From contig CALYAM010000005.1 of the NCBI GenBank assembly GCA_944393565.1, positions 11,405 through 75,404 on the forward strand: a DNA stretch of 64,000 nt. The letters are read 5' to 3'. The notes under the pieces are model-generated. The model was given only the letters and a program-made list of their open reading frames with translations. It was not told the origin of the DNA and did not search any database. This document shows positions 20,749-31,208 of this stretch, piece after piece (position 1 is the first letter of the stretch; the number at the start of each line of letters is the position of its first letter). The translations under genes and the position numbers were made by a program. Source of the DNA: an uncultured Clostridia bacterium (GTDB taxonomy: Bacteria; Bacillota; Clostridia; TANB77; CAG-508).

Positions 20749-20788
20749 AAATATTGCTACTCTAGTAAGAATATTAGAGTAGCAATAT

Positions 20789-20866
20789 GGTGGATGTAGC
20801 TCAGTTGGTTAGAGCGCTGGTTTGTGGCACCAGAGGCCGTGGGTTCGAGTCCCATCTTCCACCCCA
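20789..20866 (+). tRNA. tRNA-His (anticodon GTG)
   Basis: Cloverleaf readable by eye. Anticodon loop ttGTGgc. The His-specific extra G at -1 pairs with C73. Genomically encoded CCA. Confidence 0.85.
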
Positions 20867-20879
20867 GCCAAAAGTATAT

Positions 20880-20955
20880 TGGGGTGTAGCCAAGTGGTAA
20901 GGCACATGACTTTGACTCATGCATTTCGGCGGTTCGAGTCCTCCCACCCCAGCCA
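20880..20955 (+). tRNA. tRNA-Gln (anticodon TTG)
   Basis: 76 nt. Anticodon stem catga/tcatg with loop ctTTGac. Acceptor tggggtg/cacccca. Encoded CCA. Confidence 0.85.
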
Positions 20956-20965
20956 AAATAATGAA

Positions 20966-21010
20966 AAAACCTACAAGTAGTTTAAATACTATATTGTAGG
21001 TTTTAATTTT
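20966..21010 (+). terminator. rho-independent terminator after the tRNA pair
   Basis: aaaacctacaa ... ttgtaggtttt hairpin plus a T-run. Confidence 0.6.
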
Positions 21011-21138
21011 ATATATTCTAATACAATTTATTTTCTTCTTCTAAAAACTCAAGACAAAAAAACATATTAATTTAGAAATTTGTCGAATTATGGTTTGACT
21101 ATATAATTTAAGTTACCATATAATTTGGAAATAATAGG

Positions 21139-21477
21139 ATGGTGCTAAATAATATGGAAAAAGAGGATTTAAAATATTTGCTGTTAAACTTTACAAAAGA
21201 GGAAGAAATCGACGAAAAAAAAGTAGAACTAATTATGGAACTATATTATAATAGAAGAGAAAATATGCAAAACTACAAGGAAACAAAGAAAAGATTAACT
21301 CAACTAATTATAGAGGGAAATTTTCCAAATTCTAGGGAGTGGAACAAAATAGCACAAAAAGAGGGACTATATTCTAGCACATCTATTCAATACATAGAAA
21401 ATTTAAATTGGAAACAATTAGAAGTAAAAATAATAAGAGAGATAAAAGATATACTAATAGATGAAAGCAAAATGTAG
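21139..21477 (+). CDS. hypothetical protein (112 aa)
   Basis: ORF only. No motif recognised. Confidence 0.35.
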   Translation: MVLNNMEKEDLKYLLLNFTKEEEIDEKKVELIMELYYNRRENMQNYKETKKRLTQLIIEGNFPNSREWNKIAQKEGLYSSTSIQYIENLNWKQLEVKIIREIKDILIDESKM

Positions 21478-21577
21478 AAACAACAAAGAAATTGTTCACA
21501 TAAAATAAAGGCTAACTGTTTACAAATCCTATAAAGCGTTGTATAATGATAAAATAAGAAATTTTAGGAGGAAAAAA

Positions 21578-22108
21578 ATGAACATATGGCATGATATTGC
21601 AAAAGACAGGATTAAGCCGGATGATTTTGTTGCAATAATAGAAATTAGTAAAGGTGGAAAAAATAAATACGAATTAGATAAGGAAACGGGAATGTTAAAA
21701 TTGGACAGAGTATTATATACAGCAACACATTATCCAGCAAATTATGGATTTATACCAAGGACTTATGCAGATGATAATGACCCATTAGATGTGCTGGTCT
21801 TATGTCAGGAAAAAATAATATCATTAACATTGGTTGAATGCTATCCAATAGGTGTTATAAAAATGGTAGATAGTGACGAACATGATGAGAAAATTATAGC
21901 AGTAGCTAAAAAAGATCCTTTTTTAAATTGTTACCAAGATATTACAGAAATACCAAGTCATATTTCTGCAGAAATTATGCACTTTTTTGAAGTTTATAAA
22001 CAGTTAGAAGGAAAACAAACTATGGTAGAAAAAGTTTTAGGCAGAAAAGAAGCAGAAGACATTATTGCAGAATGTATCGATAATTACAACAAAAAATTTG
22101 ACAAATAG
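21578..22108 (+). CDS. ppa: inorganic pyrophosphatase (family I)
   Basis: 'MNIWHDI...' with the conserved acidic core 'DNDPLDVLVL'. GGAGG RBS before the internal ATG of the track ORF. Confidence 0.9.
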   Translation: MNIWHDIAKDRIKPDDFVAIIEISKGGKNKYELDKETGMLKLDRVLYTATHYPANYGFIPRTYADDNDPLDVLVLCQEKIISLTLVECYPIGVIKMVDSDEHDEKIIAVAKKDPFLNCYQDITEIPSHISAEIMHFFEVYKQLEGKQTMVEKVLGRKEAEDIIAECIDNYNKKFDK

Positions 22109-22175
22109 CAAAAAACACAAAAAGGCAAAAAATCATGACTTATAATTATGCATTGAGAAAGGAATGATATAAAAC

Positions 22176-23372
22176 ATGATTATAGTTGAAAAAATCATAT
22201 TTAATGTAATTGCCTTTTTTTTATTCATTTTTATATTTTTTAAAATGATACATAAAAACGATACAAATTATATAGCTATATTAATTATACAAGCTATTGG
22301 CATTACAATTAATTTTATCGAAATCATGACAGGACTTTATGCTAATACTATACTTAAAATAATTATGTATATATTTGCCATAATTGTCCCAATTTTAATT
22401 TTACTGCTAGAACATAGAGGCCACAATTTTTCTGAAAAAATGAGCGAAATACAGGCAAAACTTTATTTAATGCTAAAAGATAATAAAAATGCAAAAGACA
22501 TATTAATAAAAATGGTAACTAAATATCCAGAAAGTTATATAGGATATAAAATGTTAGCCGAAATTTATGAAAAAGAAGCTAGCATTGAAAAGGCCATTGA
22601 CGAATATGTTAAGGCGATTGACTGCAATAAAAAAGATTATGATTCATATTACAAAGTAGCCTACTTACTAAGTGACATAGGAAAACGAGATGAATCTGTT
22701 ACTATGCTTCAAAACTTACTTGAGAAAAAACCAGATTATTATATGGCATCTAATTTACTAGGCGAGCTTTTATGTGAACGTGAAAAATATAAAGAAGCAA
22801 TAAACGTATATATGGATGCACTAAGATATAATCCTCAAGAATATGAATTATATTATAATTTAGGCATTGCATATACAAGATTAAATGATTTCCAGAACGC
22901 AAAATTATGCTATGAAAAGGCAGCAAACATAAACCACAGCATGTATGCAGCATTATATAATTTAGGGCAAATTGGACTTATATATAGAGATATCGAGATG
23001 GCAGAAAAATATTTTACACAATGTTTATATTCCAAAGAATTAGAAGCAATGGCTTATTTTGAACTAGCTAAAATATATATGTTAAAAGGAGAAAAAGAAA
23101 AAGCAATTACATTTGTAAATAAAGCAATAGAATTGGAGAGCTCATTTAAGAAAAAAGCAGAAGGAGAACCAATATTAATACCAATTAAAGCTTATATTGT
23201 AAATCCAAAAGAAATTCTGCAGCAGACAGAAAAAAATATAAGTGTAAAAATCCAGAAGAATATTGAATACTTAGAGAAAACTTATTATGTTGTGGAAAAC
23301 TTAAATTTAAAAGACTTAGGAAAAGAGACAAAACTAAAACAAAGACAACGAGAAAATGAAAAAACTTTATAA
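22176..23372 (+). CDS. TPR-repeat membrane protein
   Basis: Two N-terminal TM helices, then multiple 34-aa TPR-like repeats (AxxxYxxAL patterns). Confidence 0.55.
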   Translation: MIIVEKIIFNVIAFFLFIFIFFKMIHKNDTNYIAILIIQAIGITINFIEIMTGLYANTILKIIMYIFAIIVPILILLLEHRGHNFSEKMSEIQAKLYLMLKDNKNAKDILIKMVTKYPESYIGYKMLAEIYEKEASIEKAIDEYVKAIDCNKKDYDSYYKVAYLLSDIGKRDESVTMLQNLLEKKPDYYMASNLLGELLCEREKYKEAINVYMDALRYNPQEYELYYNLGIAYTRLNDFQNAKLCYEKAANINHSMYAALYNLGQIGLIYRDIEMAEKYFTQCLYSKELEAMAYFELAKIYMLKGEKEKAITFVNKAIELESSFKKKAEGEPILIPIKAYIVNPKEILQQTEKNISVKIQKNIEYLEKTYYVVENLNLKDLGKETKLKQRQRENEKTL

Positions 23373-23428
23373 TTAATTATAAAATCACATTTTTTTTCAT
23401 AAAATAAAAAGAAAAAGGATGTGATTTT

Positions 23429-24305
23429 TTGGAAGAGAAATTAGCTGTAATTGGTGGAGACTTAAGAATTGTAAATTTAATTCGGAATACTTGCAAAAGA
23501 AGGATGGAAGGTTTATACTTATGGATTAGAAAATGCAGAAGTATTAAAAAGGATAAAGCAAGTTAAAATTTCTAATACAATAACAGATGCAGTAGAAGAT
23601 GTAGATATAGTAATAGCTGGAATTCCATTTAGTAGTGATGGAATATATATTAGTAATCCATTTGGAAAAGAACAAATTGAAGTAAAAAATGTAATCAAAA
23701 GTTTGAAAAGAAAGACTTTGATAGCCGGAAATATAAACAAGGAGATATTAAAAAATGCTGAGAGCGAAGATGTCAAAGTAATAGACTTACTAAAAAGGGA
23801 AGAACTTGCTGTGCTAAATACAATTTCAACAGCTGAAGGAGCAATACAAATCGCTATGGAGGAAACATCTAGAACAATACATGGATCCAATGTACTTGTT
23901 ATGGGTTTTGGAAGAATAGGAAAAATACTAGCAAAAATGTTAAACGGAATTGGAGCAAAAGTGTATTGTGAAGCACGAAAAAACGAGGACTTTGCATGGA
24001 TTAAAGCATATGGTTATAACCTAGTGCCATTAAAAAACTTAAAAAATGAAATATCAAAATTTGACATTATTATAAATACAATTCCAAGTATGATATTAAC
24101 AAGAGAATATCTTGAACGAGTTAATAAAGAAGCACTTATTATTGATGTAGCAAGTATGCCAGGAGGTGTAGACAATATAGTTGCAAAAGAACTTGGAATC
24201 AGAACAATTTTAGCGCTTTCATTACCTGGTAAAGTAGCACCAATTACCTCTGCAGAATTTATCAAAGACACTTTTTATAATATATTAGAAGAAATAAAAA
24301 AATAG
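23429..24305 (+). CDS. dipicolinate synthase subunit A-like (SpoVFA/DpsA) NAD-binding protein, containing an in-frame CGG +1 site
   Basis: TTG start. The N-terminal Rossmann 'LAVIGGDLRIVNLI' hits CGG at 23483..23485. Skipping its C gives '...NLIGILAKEGWKVYTYGLENAEVLKRIKQVKISN...', which joins the second Rossmann domain 'VLVMGFGRIGKILAKML'. No dpsB follows; uppP is next. Confidence 0.55.
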
Positions 24306-24317
24306 GAGGAACTATAA

Positions 24318-25121
24318 ATGTCAATTATTCAAGCACTTATTTTAGGGATAGTACAAGGCCTAACTGAATTATTACCAATATCGAGTTCTGCACATTTATA
24401 TATAATACCTTGGTTATTAGACTGGAATAAAAATTCGGCATTTCAGATTTCATTTGAGGGATTTGACGTTGCATTACATTTCGGAACATTACTTGCAATT
24501 GCAATATTTTTCTTTAAAGATTGGCTGAAATTATTTAAAGGAGGATGGGAGCAAATCCAAGGGAAAAAAACAACAGAAGGAAAAATGTTTTGGTATTTAG
24601 TTTTAGCCACAATACCTGGTGGAATAATAGGATTTTTATTAGACTATTTTGTAGGGGATGCCTTAGAAAAACCAATAATTATAGGAATTGCTTTAATAAT
24701 AATGGGAATTTTGCTTTATGTTATAGACAAAAGTGCAAAATCAAGTACTGACTATGAACATATGACTTTAAAACAAACTTTTTTAATAGGGCTTTCACAA
24801 GCATTAGCTTTTATTCCAGGTGTTTCTAGATCAGGAGTTACAATGACAACAGGAAGATTACTTGGAGTAGACAGAGAAAGCTCTGCTAAATATACTTTTT
24901 TGTTATCAACTCCAATTGTATTTGCTGCAACACTTTATAAAATAAAAGACTTTGCTTTTGGGGAGCTATCTTTTTACATAGGTATTTTAGCAAGCTTTTT
25001 AGTAGGTATTTTTGTTATAAAATTTTTATTAGAATATTTAAAAAAAGGCAGTTTTAAGGGTTTTGCAATTTATAGGGTAATAGTTGGAATAATCGTTATA
25101 ATAGCTACTTTTATAAAATAA
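24318..25121 (+). CDS. uppP: undecaprenyl-diphosphate phosphatase
   Basis: BacA/UppP family polytopic membrane protein with 'PGVSRSG' and conserved His motifs. Confidence 0.9.
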   Translation: MSIIQALILGIVQGLTELLPISSSAHLYIIPWLLDWNKNSAFQISFEGFDVALHFGTLLAIAIFFFKDWLKLFKGGWEQIQGKKTTEGKMFWYLVLATIPGGIIGFLLDYFVGDALEKPIIIGIALIIMGILLYVIDKSAKSSTDYEHMTLKQTFLIGLSQALAFIPGVSRSGVTMTTGRLLGVDRESSAKYTFLLSTPIVFAATLYKIKDFAFGELSFYIGILASFLVGIFVIKFLLEYLKKGSFKGFAIYRVIVGIIVIIATFIK

Positions 25122-25212
25122 TATGAAAATTATTGTGCTTAAATAATAAAGCAATTTTAAACTACAAAATTTTTATATCATATTTAAAATAAATTTTGAG
25201 AGGAAAATTTAA

Positions 25213-26076
25213 ATGGCTATTTTATTAGATGGAAAAGAGCTAGCAAAAAAAATTAGAGAAAACCAAAAAGAAGAAGTAATTAATTTAAAGAAAAATGGAG
25301 TATTCCCTAAACTTGCAGTCATTATGGTAGGCAAAAATAGTGCATCAGAAATTTATGTAAGAAATAAAAGCAAAGTATGCAATGAAATTGGAATTGATTT
25401 TAATGAATATTTGCTAGAAGAAAAAACAACAATGAAAGAACTTAAAAAATTAATTACTACTTTAAATGAAAAAAATGATATTAATGGAATCTTGTTGCAA
25501 AGTCCAATACCAAGTGGCTTAAATATAAATGAAGCATTTGAATGTATTTCTCCTACAAAAGACGTAGATGGTTTTCATCCTGAAAACATAGGAAAACTAT
25601 GCCTTGGGCAAGATACTTTTGTATCTTGTACACCATATGGAATCGTTAAAATACTAGAAGAGTATAATATACAAATTAAGGGCAAACATGTGGTAATTTT
25701 AGGTAGGAGTAATATAGTAGGTAAACCACTAATTCAGTGTATGCTAAATAAAGATGCTACAGTAACAGTGTGCCATTCTAAGACAACAGAAATTGAAAAA
25801 CATACAAAAATGGCAGATATTTTAATTGTTGCAATTGGAAAGCCAAACTTTGTAACAAAAGATATGGTAAGACAAGGATGTACAGTAATTGATGTAGGAA
25901 TTAATAGAAACCAAGATGGAAAAATATGTGGAGATGTTGATTTTAAAGAGATAGAAAAGGTGGCAAGTTATATTACACCAGTTCCTGGTGGAGTAGGTCC
26001 AATGACTATTGCAATGTTAATGAATAATGTAATAAAATCAGCTAAAAACCAAAACAAGAAAAATCTGGGGGCATAG
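25213..26076 (+). CDS. folD: bifunctional methylenetetrahydrofolate dehydrogenase/cyclohydrolase
   Basis: FolD motifs 'ILLDGKELAKKI', 'TPVPGGVGPMTIAMLM'. Confidence 0.9.
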   Translation: MAILLDGKELAKKIRENQKEEVINLKKNGVFPKLAVIMVGKNSASEIYVRNKSKVCNEIGIDFNEYLLEEKTTMKELKKLITTLNEKNDINGILLQSPIPSGLNINEAFECISPTKDVDGFHPENIGKLCLGQDTFVSCTPYGIVKILEEYNIQIKGKHVVILGRSNIVGKPLIQCMLNKDATVTVCHSKTTEIEKHTKMADILIVAIGKPNFVTKDMVRQGCTVIDVGINRNQDGKICGDVDFKEIEKVASYITPVPGGVGPMTIAMLMNNVIKSAKNQNKKNLGA

Positions 26077-26098
26077 GAATATAATTTAAGGAGAGTAA

Positions 26099-26967
26099 AT
26101 GGAACAAGAACTTTCATGGCTAGGTCTCTCAAAAATAGATGGGATAACTCATAAGCAAATAGAAACATTTCTAAAATTATATAAAAAACCAGAAAATATA
26201 TGGAAAACAAAAATGAATGATCTTATTCATATAGGATTTACCCAAAAACAATGTGAACAAATAAAAAAAACAAAATACCAGCATCTAGAAAATGAAATGA
26301 AATTTTTAAATAAACTAAATATAAAATTTATTACAATAAACAATAATCTTTACCCACAACAATTGAAGAATATATACGATTTCCCATATTGGTTATACAT
26401 AAGAGGTAATGAGAAAATAATACAAAAAAACAATATTGCAATTATAGGAAGTAGAAACTGTAGTCTGTATGGCTCAGAAGTGGCAAGAAAATTGGCATAT
26501 CAAATATCAAATAAAAATAGATATGTAGTTAGTGGGATGGCAAGAGGAATAGATAGCCATGCACATATAGGAGCTATAAATGCTAATAAACAGACAATAG
26601 CAGTGCTTCGGGTCAGGTATAAATATAATATATCCTAAAGAAAATAAAAAATTATATGAAGACATTTTAAAAAAAGGAGGAACAATAATTTCTGAGTATG
26701 GTTTTGGGGTTTTGCCACTACCAAAACATTTCCCAGCAAGAAATAGAATAATTAGTGGAATAAGTGATTCTATAATTGTAATAGAAGCATGGGAAAAGAG
26801 TGGAAGCCTTATTACAGTAGATTTTGCTTTAGAACAAGGGAAACAAGTATATGTGGTTCCAGGGAATATTACAAGCCCATATTCCAAACGGAACCAATAA
26901 TTTATTAAAAGAAGGAGCAATGCCTATTACATCAGTAGAAGATTTAGAACTTACAAAAGAAATTTAA
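26099..26967 (+). CDS. dprA: DNA processing protein DprA, containing two in-frame CGG +1 sites
   Basis: SAM-like N-terminus and a Rossmann fold ('GMARGIDSHAH'). Skipping the C of CGG 26609..26611 gives '...TIAVLGSGINIIYPKENKKLYE...'. Skipping the C of CGG 26889..26891 gives '...PYSKGTNNLLKEGAMPITSVEDL'. The two track ORFs (26099..26638 and 26712..26900) plus the short tail to 26967 are one gene. Confidence 0.8.
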
Positions 26968-27063
26968 AAATTTCTTAAAACACTTTCTATTTTGGCAAAG
27001 ATATACTATAATAGTATATGTTCATATTATATGTGACGAAAATATCGTTAATTGGAGGAGCAT

Positions 27064-29643
27064 ATGAAAAGAAAAAAAGATACAAAAAAGAATGAAAATG
27101 GTAAAGAAACAGATAAAACAAAAGTATACAAACCAATAAAAGACAAAAAAAAGAAAGAAAAGAAAGAGCACCCTAAATTGCGTTTATTCTTTAAAATTAT
27201 GCTTATATTAATAGTATTAGCTATGCTTATATGTGGAGGAGTTATAGCAGGAATATTTATGGGCTTTTTTGGTGATGACTTTAAGCTAGATGAAGAGCAA
27301 TTAAAGGTAAGTAACTTGAACACAGAAATATATGATAGGGATGGAAATTTAATTGCAACTTTAAATGGAGACGAAAGTCGAAAATGGATAAACATTGGAG
27401 ACATGGCAGAATATTTACCAATAGCTTTTGTTTCTATTGAAGATGAGAGATTTGAAGAACATCATGGTGTTGACATAAAAAGAACTGCTGCAGCAACTGT
27501 AAAATGGATTTTAAGTAAGATAGGAATAGGTGAAGCTGACTATGGAGGAAGTACGATTACTCAACAGCTAGTTAAAAACCTAACGAAGGAAAATGAAAGA
27601 GATGTAATGAGAAAAGTAAAGGAAATGGCAAGAGCATATAACATAGAAAAAACTCTTTCAAAACAACAAATTCTTGAGCTATACTTAAACTTAATATTTT
27701 TAGGTGGCCAGTCAATTCACGGAGTCGAACTCGGCTCTCAGTATTACTTTAGTAAGAGTGCAAGTGATTTAAGTTTAGCAGAATGTGCATTTTTGGCTGG
27801 AATTAATAATTCACCAAACATATACGAACCATTTAGTGATGATCCAGAAGAGATAGAATTTGTAAAAAACAGGGTGAAAACTGTTTTAGCCAAAATGAAA
27901 GAACTTGGCAATATAAAAACAGAAGAAGAATATAATAATGCAGTAGCTGAAGTAGATAATGGTTTAGCCTTTAAAAAAGGAGCCCTTACAGAAAATATAT
28001 ATTCATATCATACAGATGCAGTAATAGATCAAGTATGGGAGCAAATTGAAGAGGAAAACCCAGACTGGTCAGATGTTAGGATAAAACAATACCTATATGG
28101 TGGAGGATTAAGAATATATACAACACAAAACACATGGGTACAGAATATACTTGAAGAAGAAGTTAAACAATCTAAATATCAGGTAGAATCTAGACAGGTA
28201 GAAGGAGATGTGTCACAAACTGCAATGGTAATAATTGATCATACAACAGGGCAAGTTGCTGCAGTTGTTGGAGGATCTGGAGAAAAAACTACATCTAGAG
28301 GTTACAATTTTGCAACAATGGAGCCAAAACAAACAGGCTCAGCAATGAAACCATTGTCAGTAATAGCACCAGCTGTGCAAAATGGAATTATTACAGCAGG
28401 CTCAGTGTATGACGATACACCAACACAGTTCCCAGGACATAGTTATGGTTATCCAAAAAATTATTATTACAGTCCAAGTTATTGGGGACTATCTACTGTA
28501 AGATTTGCAATAGAAATATCACAAAATATAGTACCAATGAGAATTTTAAATGAAATGGGTGTAGATAAATCAATAGAATTCTTAAAAAGTGTAGGAATTA
28601 CTACATTAACGGATACAGACCAAGATTTAGCTATTGCTTTAGGAGGTCTTACAAGGGGTGTTACACCATTAGAGATGGCAGGAGCATATGCAGCAATTGC
28701 AAATGACGGAGAATATATAGAACCAACATTTTACATAAGAATTGAAGATTCAGAAGGAAATGTTGTAATGGAACCAAAACAGGAAAAAAGAAGAGTTATG
28801 TCCGTAGAAAATGCATATATAGTTAAAAGTATATTAACACAACCTGTTTTGGGGTCTAGAGGAACAGCAAGTTATTGTAAAGTGCCAAATATAGATACAG
28901 CTGCAAAAACAGGAACAACTGATGATGACTACGATAGATGGCTTTGTGGATTTACTCCTTACTTCACAGCTACAACATGGTTTGGATTCAGACAAAATGA
29001 GACAATACGAGGTTTTTCAAGAAATCCAGCGGGAATGATTTGGGATAGTGTTATGACACAAATACATAATGGACTTCCAAGTGCTAGCTTTGAAAAACCA
29101 GCAAACATAACATATGCTACCATTTGTAAAGATTCAGGGCTACTTGCAACAGATTTATGTAGAAATGATCAAAGAGGTGGAAGAGTATATACAGAAGTAT
29201 TTGTAAAAGGAACAGCACCAAATAAGACTTGCGATTGCCATGTAAGAGCAAAAGTATGCCAAGAAGGAGGAACTGTAAAACTAGCAAATGATAATTGCCC
29301 GAATGCAGTAGAAATGGTGTTTATAACAAGGAAAAATAGTAACAAAGATACTTCATGGAAAAGTGCATATGATGCAAAATTTATGTTACCAACAGAAACA
29401 TGTACTACACATAAAGAAACAGATAAAAAGCCAAACAACACAATTAACAATACAATAACAAACACAATGACTAATACATCTTCAGGAAAAAATAATACAA
29501 CAAATACAACAAATACAACAAACACAACAAATAAAACTAATACAACAACAAATACAAATACGAATACAAATACAAACAAAATTACAAATACAACTATCAC
29601 TAATAAAACCCCAACCAATAGTATAAATAACTTATTAAACTAA
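27064..29643 (+). CDS. penicillin-binding protein 1A (bifunctional glycosyltransferase/transpeptidase) with an Asn/Thr-rich repetitive C-terminal tail
   Basis: GT51 motifs ('FVSIEDERF', 'GGSTITQQL'). Transpeptidase SxxK (TGSAMK), SxN and KTG (KTGT). GGAGGA RBS before the ATG at 27064. Confidence 0.85.
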   Translation: MKRKKDTKKNENGKETDKTKVYKPIKDKKKKEKKEHPKLRLFFKIMLILIVLAMLICGGVIAGIFMGFFGDDFKLDEEQLKVSNLNTEIYDRDGNLIATLNGDESRKWINIGDMAEYLPIAFVSIEDERFEEHHGVDIKRTAAATVKWILSKIGIGEADYGGSTITQQLVKNLTKENERDVMRKVKEMARAYNIEKTLSKQQILELYLNLIFLGGQSIHGVELGSQYYFSKSASDLSLAECAFLAGINNSPNIYEPFSDDPEEIEFVKNRVKTVLAKMKELGNIKTEEEYNNAVAEVDNGLAFKKGALTENIYSYHTDAVIDQVWEQIEEENPDWSDVRIKQYLYGGGLRIYTTQNTWVQNILEEEVKQSKYQVESRQVEGDVSQTAMVIIDHTTGQVAAVVGGSGEKTTSRGYNFATMEPKQTGSAMKPLSVIAPAVQNGIITAGSVYDDTPTQFPGHSYGYPKNYYYSPSYWGLSTVRFAIEISQNIVPMRILNEMGVDKSIEFLKSVGITTLTDTDQDLAIALGGLTRGVTPLEMAGAYAAIANDGEYIEPTFYIRIEDSEGNVVMEPKQEKRRVMSVENAYIVKSILTQPVLGSRGTASYCKVPNIDTAAKTGTTDDDYDRWLCGFTPYFTATTWFGFRQNETIRGFSRNPAGMIWDSVMTQIHNGLPSASFEKPANITYATICKDSGLLATDLCRNDQRGGRVYTEVFVKGTAPNKTCDCHVRAKVCQEGGTVKLANDNCPNAVEMVFITRKNSNKDTSWKSAYDAKFMLPTETCTTHKETDKKPNNTINNTITNTMTNTSSGKNNTTNTTNTTNTTNKTNTTTNTNTNTNTNKITNTTITNKTPTNSINNLLN
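29400..29620 (+). repeat. imperfect tandem ACA/AAT hexa- and nonanucleotide repeats encoding a (T/N)-rich low-complexity tail
   Basis: Repeated acaaat/acaacaaat units inside the PBP1A 3' end, translating as ...NTTNTTNTTNKTNTTTNTNTNTNTN... Confidence 0.7.
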
Positions 29644-29676
29644 GGTCTTATATGACTTTAAAAGTGGAGGCATAAA

Positions 29677-31077
29677 ATGAGTATAAAACTATATAATACA
29701 CTAACAAGAACAAAAGAAGAATTAATACCATTGCAAGCGGATACAGTTAGAATTTATACATGTGGACCAACGGTGTATAGTTATGCACATATTGGAAATT
29801 TCAGAGCATATTTATTTATGGATTTGCTTAGAAGAACCCTAAAATACAATGGGTACAAACTAAAACATGTGATGAACATAACAGATGTTGGACATTTAGA
29901 ATCAGATGCTGATGAAGGCGAAGACAAGATGGAAAAGGCAGCAAAAAGGGAAAATAAAAATCCATATGAAATTGCGGATTTTTATACAAATGCATTTATG
30001 CAGGACTTAGAAAAACTAAATATAGATAAGCCAGAATACATTGTAAAAGCAACAGACCATATTGCAGAAATGATAGACTATATAGAGACATTAATAAAAA
30101 ATGGTTATGCATATGAAACAAGCAAAGGAATATATTTTAATATTTCAAAATTAGATAAATATCCTATATTATCTAACAGAAAGCTAGATGACCAAATAAT
30201 AGGTGCAAGAGATGAAGTAGAAATAGATAAGGAAAAGAAAAACCCTTATGATTTTGCACTTTGGATTAAAGCACCTAAAAGTCATATAATGAAATGGGAT
30301 AGTCCTTGGGGACTATGCTATCCAGGATGGCATATTGAATGTTCAACAATGGGAAGAAAATACCTAGGTGATGTGTTTGATATTCATACAGGAGGAGTAG
30401 ATCATATACCAACACACCATGAAAATGAAATTGCGCAAAGCAAAGGATGTACAGGGAAAATACCTGCAAATATCTGGATGCATGTAGAATTTTTACAGGT
30501 AGATGGCGGGAAAATGAGCAAAAGTTTAAACAATATATATACAATTTCTCAGCTTCAGGAAAGAAAAATAGAACCATTAGCATACAAGCTTTTTTGCTTT
30601 AGTTCACACTACAAGAATAAACTAAATTTTACATGGGAGGGAGTGCACTCTGCACAAGTTTCATTAGAAAGACTTCGTAGTGGGCTAATAAAACATTTAG
30701 AGGGAACAGAAAAAATAGAAGAAGAAGTGTTAGAAAGTTATAGAAAAAGATTTTTAGAAGCAATAAATGATGACTTAAATATTACAAATGCAATGAGTAT
30801 TGTTTGGGAAATTGTAAGAGCTGAAAGAAAATCAATAGATTTTAGAAATTTATTGTGCGAATTTGATAATGTGCTTGGATTAAAGTTAGATGAAATAAAA
30901 AAAGAAAATGATACACAAGAAGATTTGCCAGATGACATAAAAAAAATAGTAGAAGAAAGAAAAAGGGCAAGAAAAGAAAAGGATTGGACTAAATCAGATG
31001 CATTAAGAGAAGAATTAAAAAAACTAGGTTATTGCGTAATAGACAACAAAGATGAAATGAAAATAGAAAAAATATAA
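29677..31077 (+). CDS. cysS: cysteine--tRNA ligase
   Basis: Class I motifs 'HIGN' and 'KMSKS'. Zn-binding Cys residues. Confidence 0.9.
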   Translation: MSIKLYNTLTRTKEELIPLQADTVRIYTCGPTVYSYAHIGNFRAYLFMDLLRRTLKYNGYKLKHVMNITDVGHLESDADEGEDKMEKAAKRENKNPYEIADFYTNAFMQDLEKLNIDKPEYIVKATDHIAEMIDYIETLIKNGYAYETSKGIYFNISKLDKYPILSNRKLDDQIIGARDEVEIDKEKKNPYDFALWIKAPKSHIMKWDSPWGLCYPGWHIECSTMGRKYLGDVFDIHTGGVDHIPTHHENEIAQSKGCTGKIPANIWMHVEFLQVDGGKMSKSLNNIYTISQLQERKIEPLAYKLFCFSSHYKNKLNFTWEGVHSAQVSLERLRSGLIKHLEGTEKIEEEVLESYRKRFLEAINDDLNITNAMSIVWEIVRAERKSIDFRNLLCEFDNVLGLKLDEIKKENDTQEDLPDDIKKIVEERKRARKEKDWTKSDALREELKKLGYCVIDNKDEMKIEKI

Positions 31078-31208
31078 TATGGGTGTATACAAAAAAGGTA
31101 TTTTTAAAAATCAAAAATATCTTTTTTGTTGTATTGTAATATTCCATATTTTAGTGTAAAATAGCTAAAGAGAACATAAAAAAAATAAGATACATATGGG
31201 GGAATACA

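Noticed and set aside
24545-24751. 68-aa ORF inside uppP
   Set aside because: An alternative frame within a well-conserved gene. Arg/Asn-rich junk translation.
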